This document shows positions 9,682 to 17,399 of a stretch of DNA of 64,000 nucleotides, in pieces (within the stretch, counting starts at the first letter, position 1; each line of letters starts with the position of its first letter). Source of the stretch: a virus; IMG/VR virus record IMGVR_UViG_3300049139_000178, positions 1-64,000 of that record. The stretch is one strand, 5' to 3'. The translations under genes and the position numbers were made by a program. The notes below the pieces were generated by a model. The model was not told the DNA's origin. It saw only the letters and a list, made by a program, of their open reading frames with translations, and searched no databases.

Positions 9682-10119
9682 TTACTTCGCCTCGCAGCGG
9701 GGGCAGAAGGTGTACAGGTGCGCGTACTTGTCCGCCTGCTGTTCGGCCTTCGTCTTGAAGTCGTAGCCGTTGCCGTAGCGATACGGGCGGAAGCTCTTGT
9801 TGCACAGGGCCCGGCCGTCCTTGTCCGCCTGCGTGAAGCGGTGCAGCAGGGTCCTGTGACTGGCCACGGTCCACGCGTCGGGGCGCTCGTCGGTCTCGGC
9901 GGACGGCTCGGTCGGGGCATCCACGCGGACCAGGCGGACCTTGCGGCCGTCCTTGTACTCGATCTCGTAGTCCGTGCGGTTGATGGAGGACATCTCGCGG
10001 ACGTCCTGCTTGCCGGCCATCATCGCGTGATTGATCTCGGCCAGGCCCTCGCGGATGGAGACGTGGGTGGTGGTGGTGCCGTTCTCGGTCCGCTCGTAGA
10101 CCTTGGCCTGCTCGCTCAT
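9682..10119 (-). CDS. hypothetical protein with C-terminal zinc finger
   Basis: H...C...CPRC; box at 10151. Confidence 0.7.
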   Translation of the reverse strand: MSEQAKVYERTENGTTTTHVSIREGLAEINHAMMAGKQDVREMSSINRTDYEIEYKDGRKVRLVRVDAPTEPSAETDERPDAWTVASHRTLLHRFTQADKDGRALCNKSFRPYRYGNGYDFKTKAEQQADKYAHLYTFCPRCEAK

Positions 10120-10197
10120 GATGTCCTGCTTTCCTTGGTCGGTCCCTCTCGATGACTTAATTAAATCATAGACCCGGAGGAGGCACAACCCCTGACG

Positions 10198-11133
10198 TCA
10201 GATCACGTTCAACGCCCGGCGGATCCCGTCTTCCAACCGCACCTGCGGTTCGTAGTACCGCCGCATGCGGGTCGGATCGCCGACGCGGTACGCCACGCCG
10301 GCCGGCTTGTCCGCCAGAGGCTTGATCTCCGGGCTGTATTCCGCGACGTCGGCCATCATCCGGGCGAGGTCCAGGAACGACGTCGCCCGGCCGGTACACA
10401 GGTTCACCGGCTGCTCGGTGCCCGACTCGGCGACGGCCAGGGCCCCGGCCACGAGGTCGTCCACATGGATCCAGTCGCGCACTTGCTCGCCGGTGCCCCA
10501 CACCTCCAGCGGATCCTCACGCCGACGTACGCGCTCCAGAATCGCCCGGAACGGATACGTGTCGTCCTGGTCCTCGCCGTACCCGCTGAACGGCCGGACG
10601 ACGGTCACCGGGACGCCGGCCTCGCGCAGCCGCGCGGCGAGGAGTTCGCCGGTGACCTTGGACCAGCCGTACACCTGGTCCGGTTCGGAGACATCCCAGA
10701 ACGTACCGGGCACCGGATGACCGTTGTCGTCCCGGTCGCCGTCCCAGACGTCACGCTCGTGGAGCCGTACCCCCGACATGCCGTGCTGATAGGCGATCGG
10801 GTACGCCGCGCTGCTGCTGAAGTACAGCACCCGGCCCGGCCGCGCGACGGCCGCCCACCGGAACATCTCCGCGTCGATGCTCAGCGATTCCGCCGTGGCG
10901 AGCGGGTCGCCGTCGATGGTGGCCCGGCCGCCGACCACGGCCGCGCAGTGCACGACCAGGTCCCAGTGCTTGCGGACAGTCGGGTGGCGCAATTCCAGGT
11001 CGAACAGCCGGCGGCAGTCCTGCGCCGTGGTCGCCTTGACGTCGCACCCGACCACATCCCAACCGCGCCGGAGCAGCTCTGCCTTGACGTGCCGTCCGAG
11101 GAACCCCCGGTCACCGGTGATCAACGCTCGCAT
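10198..11133 (-). CDS. NAD-dependent nucleotide-sugar epimerase/dehydratase (extended SDR)
   Basis: ITGDRGFLG, HCAAVVGG, SSSAAY, YGWSK, VRDWIHVDD. Confidence 0.92.
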   Translation of the reverse strand: MRALITGDRGFLGRHVKAELLRRGWDVVGCDVKATTAQDCRRLFDLELRHPTVRKHWDLVVHCAAVVGGRATIDGDPLATAESLSIDAEMFRWAAVARPGRVLYFSSSAAYPIAYQHGMSGVRLHERDVWDGDRDDNGHPVPGTFWDVSEPDQVYGWSKVTGELLAARLREAGVPVTVVRPFSGYGEDQDDTYPFRAILERVRRREDPLEVWGTGEQVRDWIHVDDLVAGALAVAESGTEQPVNLCTGRATSFLDLARMMADVAEYSPEIKPLADKPAGVAYRVGDPTRMRRYYEPQVRLEDGIRRALNVI

Positions 11134-11236
11134 GTCGTACCTCCGACCAGGCCCAGGACTCCGAAGATGATCGCGAACCCGGGTAGCCACACCGGGGCTG
11201 TTCCCTTGGTGATCTGCCAGGCGGTGCACAGAACCT

Positions 11237-11818
11237 TCACCACAGGTCCCGCCTCCCGCTCGTGTTCGCCCCGTGCCAGTGCCACGTCCACGTCCGGCAG
11301 TTGAGGTGCTCGAACCGCGCGCCCCGCTCAAGCAGCGCGTCCCAGGTCCCCCAGTCGTCGCACGGGTTGTTCGGCGGGCCCTTGGGCCGGAAGCCGCCGA
11401 CGTCCCGCAGCAACTCCGTGCGCACCAGCACCGTGATCGGGATGTAGTTCTCGCTGCGCAGCGCCTCGCGATTGAACGGTTGTCCCTCACGGTGCGGCCA
11501 TGGGTCGAACCCGCCAGGCACGTTGAACCACGGGTAGACGAGGTCGGCGCCGGTGTCCCGCGCACGGTCCATCAACATCTCGATGTGGAGAGGGTTCCAC
11601 TCGTCATCGTCGTCGAGCAGCGCTGTCCACTCCGTCTGCACTCCGGCCAGGGCCTGGTTGCGATTGACGGATGAGCCGAGCCGGCCGGTGTCGATGCTCA
11701 CGCTGACCGCGTCGACCGGCTGGGTCTGGCCGAGGACCGAGGACACCGCCCGGTGCAGCTTGCCGTCGGCCACCCGGGGCGGGATCGCCGGGATGACGGC
11801 CGTGACGCCCGGCCTCAC
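11237..11818 (-). CDS. glycosyltransferase family 2
   Basis: VIPAIP-R, NRNQAL, LDDDD, VGGF, DDW. Confidence 0.88.
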   Translation of the reverse strand: MRPGVTAVIPAIPPRVADGKLHRAVSSVLGQTQPVDAVSVSIDTGRLGSSVNRNQALAGVQTEWTALLDDDDEWNPLHIEMLMDRARDTGADLVYPWFNVPGGFDPWPHREGQPFNREALRSENYIPITVLVRTELLRDVGGFRPKGPPNNPCDDWGTWDALLERGARFEHLNCRTWTWHWHGANTSGRRDLW

Positions 11819-12447
11819 CTCTTCACCGCCAGCCAGAGCTGATACCGGTACGCGCCGGGCAGGTCCCGCGTGGACTCCGGCCGCAACGTGCGTTGCTCCA
11901 GGGGAGTCCAGCCGGCCGCGTGCAGCATGTCGTAGACGTCCGTCACGTCCCAACTCCAGTAGTGCTCCAGGTTCCCGGAGTCGGCCGGCTCCGCGACCGG
12001 CGTGGACAGGAAGAGGTACCGGGCGCGCCCTGTGAGCCTGCGCAGCAGGTCGTCCGGGTCGTCCACGTGCTCCAGCGTCTCGCTGAGGATGAACAGGTCC
12101 ACCGGCTCCAGATGCTCCAGGCTGTCCGGCAGCGCAGCGGCTCCGATCGTCTCCAGTACCTGCGCCTTACAGCTCACGGCGGCCGAGGCCGGGACTCCGT
12201 TGAGGTCTCCGAGCACGGCTCGGGTCAGGTGACGGCTGATCATGTTGAGCAGCGCGCCGTCCCCGCAGGACAGATCGGCTGCGCTGCGTATCTGACTGGC
12301 ATACCGCTCGATCATGTCGGCGGAGGCCCTCACCCGCTCCACGTGATCCGCCCAGCAGTCGTGCCGGTACCCGCCGGGGTAAATCCGCGCGTAGTACGCG
12401 GCTTCGTCGGCGGCCGACCGGGACTCACGCAGCCGGATGCGCGTCAT
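11815..12447 (-). CDS. class I SAM-dependent methyltransferase
   Basis: DLSCGDG, SETLEHVDDP, LFLSTP. Confidence 0.88.
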   Translation of the reverse strand: MTRIRLRESRSAADEAAYYARIYPGGYRHDCWADHVERVRASADMIERYASQIRSAADLSCGDGALLNMISRHLTRAVLGDLNGVPASAAVSCKAQVLETIGAAALPDSLEHLEPVDLFILSETLEHVDDPDDLLRRLTGRARYLFLSTPVAEPADSGNLEHYWSWDVTDVYDMLHAAGWTPLEQRTLRPESTRDLPGAYRYQLWLAVKR

Positions 12448-13156
12448 GGCTGTACTCCTCCCGTACGGCCCGCAACGCAGCGTCGAACGCGTCGCTGTCC
12501 CGAAACCCCATCCACGCGAGCCGGTCGGCCACGTCGGCCTCGGGGGCGTTGACGGCCGCGTACCGCTCGTCCATCGCGGTCTTCCCGGCCGCCGGGTGCA
12601 CGTGCTCGATGACGACGTCCGGCAGGTAGGTCAGGCCGCCGAGCTGCTGCCCGAGGTCCAGCCAGAAGTTGTCGACATAGAGGTGCCGGAGCATCGGCGG
12701 CGCCATGTACCCCAGCGCCCGCACCACCCGGGACGGCAGGAAGGCGGCCGTCGGCAGCCGCTCGCCCTGGAACAGATCGTTGCCGTAGACGACGCGGGGC
12801 CAAGGGGAGCTCAGCGCGCCGAGCACGTGCGCGTCCCAGCCGGCCGTACGCGGCAGGTGGTCGTCGCCCATGAACCCGAGCGCGTCGTATTCGCCGGCGA
12901 GCCGGTGGGCGGCTGCGTTGAGGGAGGCGACCATGCCGCGCCCGCCCTCGCCCTCGTACACCGTGAGGTGGTCGATCTCCCCGACGCCCGCGCGTTCCCA
13001 GTACCCCTCTAGTTCAGGGTCGTCGTGATCGACGACGAATACGAGCGTGGAGTTCAGGGATTCGGTATTCCGGAACGCCTGCTGTAGCCGGGCTGCGTTC
13101 TGTGGTCGTCCTCGCGTGGGGACGAGGACCGCGAGGGGTTCCGTGGTCTGCGTCAT
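12425..13156 (-). CDS. glycosyltransferase family 2-like
   Basis: VLVPTRGRP, VVDHDDP, FMGDD, HLYVD, IEHVHP. Confidence 0.85.
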   Translation of the reverse strand: MTQTTEPLAVLVPTRGRPQNAARLQQAFRNTESLNSTLVFVVDHDDPELEGYWERAGVGEIDHLTVYEGEGGRGMVASLNAAAHRLAGEYDALGFMGDDHLPRTAGWDAHVLGALSSPWPRVVYGNDLFQGERLPTAAFLPSRVVRALGYMAPPMLRHLYVDNFWLDLGQQLGGLTYLPDVVIEHVHPAAGKTAMDERYAAVNAPEADVADRLAWMGFRDSDAFDAALRAVREEYSHDAHPAA

Positions 13157-13208
13157 GCGCCGGAAGGTACCGAGGAATCGCCGAATCACCGCACCGCTCG
13201 CTTCGCTC

Positions 13209-13249
13209 CCCGGGCACGACGAAGCCCCGGGCCGCGAGGGCACCGGGGC
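13209..13249. repeat. 41-bp terminator-like direct repeat, copy 1
   Basis: CCCGGGCACGACGAAGCCCCGGGCCGCGAGGGCRCCGGGGC; copies at 13858-13898 and 14257-14297, inverted copy at about 52831-52868. Confidence 0.9.
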
Positions 13250-13253
13250 GGGG

Positions 13254-13790
13254 TCAGGCCAGCAGCAGGTCGTCGTCGCTGAACGGCATCGTGCAGTTGT
13301 CGTCGGGGTGGGTGCCGACGTGGTCGGGGCCACTGCCGACGCCGCTCATGTTGTGGGTGCCGCGCTTGTTCAGACGACGGTTGCAGGTGTAGCCGTCCCG
13401 GCTCATCAGGCCGCACTCGCCTTCCGGGGCAAACGGGTTGCGGAACGGCACCTTCGGGCGGGTGAAAGTGACGCCGGCGTCGGCGAGGGCCTGGACGTAC
13501 TCGCCGACCATACCGGCGAACAGCTCGCTGGCGCGCCCTTGCTCGATCTCTGTCAGCGCGGCGGTGCCGGGCCCGGAGCAGGTCTCGTTACGCGCGTCGC
13601 GGATGCCGGTGGTGCTGGAGGCGTAGCGGTCGATGCAGACGGTCGCACCACAGTCTGTGCAGGTGCCCTCGAAGACGAGCGCATGGTCCTTCGACTCGCG
13701 CGGCAGACGCTTCCAGGTGAGGGTGTGGCCGTTCTTCCCGGCGACCTCGTCCATGTACTGCTTGCCCTCGGTCCACCACTGCTGTGCCAT
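13254..13790 (-). CDS. hypothetical Cys/His-rich protein
   Basis: CTDCG and several C/H clusters; own box at 13818. Confidence 0.7.
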   Translation of the reverse strand: MAQQWWTEGKQYMDEVAGKNGHTLTWKRLPRESKDHALVFEGTCTDCGATVCIDRYASSTTGIRDARNETCSGPGTAALTEIEQGRASELFAGMVGEYVQALADAGVTFTRPKVPFRNPFAPEGECGLMSRDGYTCNRRLNKRGTHNMSGVGSGPDHVGTHPDDNCTMPFSDDDLLLA

Positions 13791-13857
13791 CCGAATCACT
13801 CCCCGGTTTCCATCCCTGATGAATTAATTAAATCATAGGCTGTGTGTCAACGCAACT

Positions 13858-13898
13858 CCCGGGCACGACGAAGCCCCGGGCCGCGAGGGCGCCGGGGC
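13858..13898. terminator. 41-bp repeat copy 2, hairpin terminator
   Basis: GAAGCCCCGG-loop-CCGGGGCTTC stem. Confidence 0.8.
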
Positions 13899-13914
13899 TT
13901 CGGTGAACGGCCTG

Positions 13915-14193
13915 TCAGGCGGCAGACGTTTCCGGGAACTGGTCCCAGGCGTTCGAGTAGGCGTCCATGATCCGGTACTCGTAGCCGCTGACGATGTGCG
14001 ACGTACCGGCCATGAGGTTCAGGGAAAGCACGTGGGTGGGGACGTCCCAGTCCACGTCACGCAGCGCGCCCTCCAGGGCGCTCACCGCATCGCGAATCTT
14101 GTCGAACTCCCGCGCCACGAAAGCGCCGTCCGACAGGCGCTGGACAACGGCCTTGAACGGGCGGCGGGTGGAAGCCGTGTGGGTGTCGGTCAT
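13915..14193 (-). CDS. hypothetical protein
   Basis: own box at 14219; GAGGAGA RBS. Confidence 0.7.
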   Translation of the reverse strand: MTDTHTASTRRPFKAVVQRLSDGAFVAREFDKIRDAVSALEGALRDVDWDVPTHVLSLNLMAGTSHIVSGYEYRIMDAYSNAWDQFPETSAA

Positions 14194-14256
14194 GGGTTCT
14201 CCTCGGTCGGTGTTCCCTATGACTTAACTAAATCATAGGGCAAGTCGTCCTCGCAA

Positions 14257-14297
14257 CCCGGGCACGACGAAGCCCCGGGCCGCGAGGGCGCCGGGGC
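14257..14297. terminator. 41-bp repeat copy 3, hairpin terminator
   Basis: identical to copy 2. Confidence 0.8.
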
Positions 14298-14311
14298 TCG
14301 CCGAGCAGACG

Positions 14312-14788
14312 TCAAGTGGCCGCGATGATGAGCGCGGCGACGAACAGCCAGAAGTGATGGAACGACTGGTCCAGCGCGTAAGCACCGGTGCCGAGGGTCG
14401 GAGCGTACTCGCCGTCGGATGTCACCGGGTGGGCCGGGTGCGCAGGGGTGCCGAGCGTGTGGAACTCCGTCTTCCCGCAGACCCGGGCGAGGCCGGTCAG
14501 CGTGTGCCGGCGGTCGGCCCAGTAGTGGCTCGCTGCGTCCAGGCCGAGTCCGATGACCACGCCGACGACGCTCACCTCCAGGCCGAGCACGGCCACGGCG
14601 ACGAACAGCAGCACCACCTTGGTTACGGTGAGGCCGAAGATGTGCCGGCCGCAGGCGATGTGTCCCGTGCGGCTGCGGTCGCCCTTGCGAGCCGCCTGCC
14701 ATGAGGTCTGCACCCAGTGATCCCCGACGGAGTGCGCGACGAACAGAGCCGCGAAGGCGGCGGCGAAGGTGCCGGCTGTGTCGGTCAT
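14312..14788 (-). CDS. DUF3307-like membrane protein
   Basis: HSVGDHWVQT, SHYWAD, DQSFH motifs and TM segments. Confidence 0.8.
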   Translation of the reverse strand: MTDTAGTFAAAFAALFVAHSVGDHWVQTSWQAARKGDRSRTGHIACGRHIFGLTVTKVVLLFVAVAVLGLEVSVVGVVIGLGLDAASHYWADRRHTLTGLARVCGKTEFHTLGTPAHPAHPVTSDGEYAPTLGTGAYALDQSFHHFWLFVAALIIAAT

Positions 14789-14861
14789 GGCCGTGTTTTC
14801 CTCGTTCCTTGGTCGACGAAGCCCCGGAGCGGAGGTGCTCTGGGGCTGGGGTGTTGCCGGG

Positions 14862-15236
14862 TCAGCGGGCGGCGGGCAGGTGCTCCACGGTGACCTCGTG
14901 GCCCCGGCGGCGCAGCCGGCGGGCGAGTGCTTCGGTCGCCACGGCTGCACGGATCCTGCCTCCGCCGACCGCAACGACGATGGCCCTGTTGTACGGGCCG
15001 GAGTCGTATGCCCGGACCGCGCGCACCGTGGCGGCCAGCAGAGCCCGGAGACCCGGGGTGCCGAGGATGCTCCGGCGGCCGGTCTGGTGGATGACGGTCC
15101 GTCCGCGCACCTCCCGGTTCGGGTCGGCTCCGGGGAAGTGGTGGCGCAGGTCCAGGGTCAGGTGGGCGGTCGGGGCGTCGCCGTTGACGTAGCCGAAGGA
15201 AACGACGCGCACGGGCGCGGGGTTCGCTGCGGTCAT
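14862..15236 (-). CDS. RapZ C-terminal-domain-like protein
   Basis: VVSFGY, DLR, AVGGGR-x-R, VEH pattern. Confidence 0.65.
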   Translation of the reverse strand: MTAANPAPVRVVSFGYVNGDAPTAHLTLDLRHHFPGADPNREVRGRTVIHQTGRRSILGTPGLRALLAATVRAVRAYDSGPYNRAIVVAVGGGRIRAAVATEALARRLRRRGHEVTVEHLPAAR

Positions 15237-15303
15237 GGGTTCCTCGTTCCTTGGTCGGAAGCCCCGGCGCCATGAGGCGTCGGGGCTTTGGTTCGGTAGT
15301 AGC

Positions 15304-15795
15304 TCAACCGTGGTTGTGCGGGCAGCAGCGGAGGCACAGGCCCTTTGACGCGGCGTCCCGGTCGCACATCCACCCCGTCGGAAGGTTCTGCTTACCGCAC
15401 CGGGTGCAGCACTCGCCCTCGCTGGCCTTCCCCGTGCGGTACTCGTACAGGGCGTGCACGACGTCGTCCAACCGGCCCTTGTCCAGCGACGCGTACAGCT
15501 TCTCCAGGCGCTCGGGCTCGCGCTCCGCCAAGTTCTCGAAGCCGGCGCGGACGTCGAGCGAGAACGTCAGGGAGGACACGCCCTTGGGCGCCTGAATCTT
15601 CCGGGCGTGGGACCGGACCAGCTCGCGGGTGGAGTCCCACCGCTCCTGCTTGGCCTGCCGGGCAGCCTTCTCGGCGGGGGTGTAGATGGTGACCTCTCCG
15701 GTGCCGTTGCAGCCGAAGCAGTGGCCGGGCATGCCCGACGCGCGGGGGACCTCGCCCTTGCCTCCGCAGTAGCGGTGCGTCCGCTTGTGGCTCAT
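15304..15795 (-). CDS. hypothetical zinc-finger protein
   Basis: DnaJ-like CxGxG motifs and a C-terminal Cys cluster; box at 15840. Confidence 0.7.
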   Translation of the reverse strand: MSHKRTHRYCGGKGEVPRASGMPGHCFGCNGTGEVTIYTPAEKAARQAKQERWDSTRELVRSHARKIQAPKGVSSLTFSLDVRAGFENLAEREPERLEKLYASLDKGRLDDVVHALYEYRTGKASEGECCTRCGKQNLPTGWMCDRDAASKGLCLRCCPHNHG

Positions 15796-15943
15796 CGCCG
15801 GCCCCTCCCGTTCGGTTTGTCCGCCGGGATCCTCCCGACTGATTTAATTAAACCATCGATCCGGCGACCGCACAACCCCGCAACGCAAAGAACCCCGGCC
15901 CTCGTCGGGTCCGGGGTTCTCCGGGTCGGCGGTGCCATGGATC

Positions 15944-16357
15944 TCACCGCCTCTTGTGCTTGCCCTTGTTCAGCGCCTCCGCCGCCTTGGCCCGCGCTTC
16001 CACGGCCACGGTCTGCGAGTTGATGACGTACGCGACCACCAGGCCGAGCACGATCACCGCTGCCAGGACGGCCACCGCGACGACGGCCACCATGGCGAAC
16101 ACCAACGCGCACAGCGTCAGGACGACGCAGGACAGCAGCGCGACCCACAGCCACGGGATCACCTTCTCCGCCACCGTCTTCTCCGGGCCCTGGTGCACGA
16201 TCGCCCCGGCGGGGACGGCCGGCTCCGGGGCCGCGTAGTGGTGGTGCACGTGGACGTGGACTCCGCCGTCCGCCGCCTGCTGCGCTGCCGACGGGTTGGC
16301 CCTCAGGTACTCCAGCAACTCCCCGGGGACCGGGGCATGCCTCCGCTCTATCTCCAT
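15944..16357 (-). CDS. SpdD-like membrane spread protein
   Basis: HVHVHHH plus a long hydrophobic hairpin; lies next to traB. Confidence 0.55.
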   Translation of the reverse strand: MEIERRHAPVPGELLEYLRANPSAAQQAADGGVHVHVHHHYAAPEPAVPAGAIVHQGPEKTVAEKVIPWLWVALLSCVVLTLCALVFAMVAVVAVAVLAAVIVLGLVVAYVINSQTVAVEARAKAAEALNKGKHKRR

Positions 16358-16497
16358 GGTCAGATTCCTTGATTCCTAGGTCCCGGCCGCCGGCGGCGGC
16401 CTTGAATTAGTTGTACCACGGCGGAGCCTGCGCGAATCGGGCCGTGCACGACGAAGCCCCGGGCCGCTGGGCGCCGGGGCTGTCGGTCGGGGTGGGG

Positions 16498-16680
16498 TCA
16501 GCGGGTGCGCGCGTTCTCGATGAACTCGCGGACGGCGCTCTTGTTGTCGAGGTCGGGGACGTTGGTTCCGACGATGTGCGCGTAGGCGGTGACCTCGGCA
16601 GCGATGCCGTCAGTCACGAAGGGGTAGTGCCGGGCGTTCTCGTCCCACTCGCTGATCATGTCGGCGCTGTAGTCGTCCAT
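16498..16680 (-). CDS. small hypothetical protein
   Basis: own box at 16711, GACCACGGA, hairpin at about 16445-16480. Confidence 0.65.
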   Translation of the reverse strand: MDDYSADMISEWDENARHYPFVTDGIAAEVTAYAHIVGTNVPDLDNKSAVREFIENARTR

Positions 16681-16760
16681 CGTGTCCCCATTCCGTGGTC
16701 GGTGTTCCTGTGAATTAACTAAACCATCCTCCGGGGTGCTGCGCAACCCCTCGCCGGAGG

Positions 16761-17156
16761 TCAGTACGCGAAGACGTAGCCCACCCCTTCCGGGGTCTTC
16801 TCCTTGATCAGGTCGCCCTCCTTCACCCGCTCGTCCAGCCACCCGTACACCCACGGGCGCGTCCTCCCGGTGATCTCGATCAGGTCCCGGAAGTCCGCGA
16901 AGGTCACCCGCTTCACCCCCTTCCGACGCAGGGCGGCGAGCCGCTGGTGAGCCACGTCGTCGGCAACTTTCGGGTCCATCCGGGGAGCGGGAGCAGCCGG
17001 GAGTTCGATCACTCCGGAGCCCCCGCGCAGCCCGTCGAAGACGAAGCCCAGCGCCTCCTCGGCGACGGCCAGGCCGCACCGCGCGCACAGAGCGATGGTC
17101 TTGGTGAAGGCGGCGGGAACACCGCAGCCGGTGCAGGTCTTCTGTTCCTTGGTCAT
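16761..17156 (-). CDS. zinc finger plus stand-alone TraB-type winged helix protein
   Basis: CTGC/CARC; C-terminus aligns with the TraB C-terminus (G-x3-WVY...EG-x-L). Confidence 0.7.
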   Translation of the reverse strand: MTKEQKTCTGCGVPAAFTKTIALCARCGLAVAEEALGFVFDGLRGGSGVIELPAAPAPRMDPKVADDVAHQRLAALRRKGVKRVTFADFRDLIEITGRTRPWVYGWLDERVKEGDLIKEKTPEGVGYVFAY

Positions 17157-17239
17157 CTGTCAGTCTTCCTCGTGTCATCGGTCGTTGTCGGCGCCGGCCG
17201 GGCCGGGCGAGAGAGAACCTGAGGCCGGATTGCTCCGGA

Positions 17240-17370
17240 CCTCGTCAGCGCCTCTGTCAGACCCGTGTAAGCGCCCGGGTCACCGGACAGTCGGGGCGTG
17301 TCTGCTGACGTGTCAGAGGCGTCACCAGGACCCGTCAGCAATGCGTCAGGGCGGGCACCCTGACACAGGA
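17240..17370. repeat. GTCAG/CTGAC short repeats, candidate clt locus
   Basis: about 8 copies in the intergenic gap just downstream of traB. Confidence 0.4.
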
Positions 17371-17399
17371 TGCCCGCCCTGAGTGAACACCAACCAGCC

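Noticed and set aside
13209-14297. 41-bp repeats as a CRISPR array
   Set aside because: The spacers are about 360-610 bp and contain genes; no cas operon is present.
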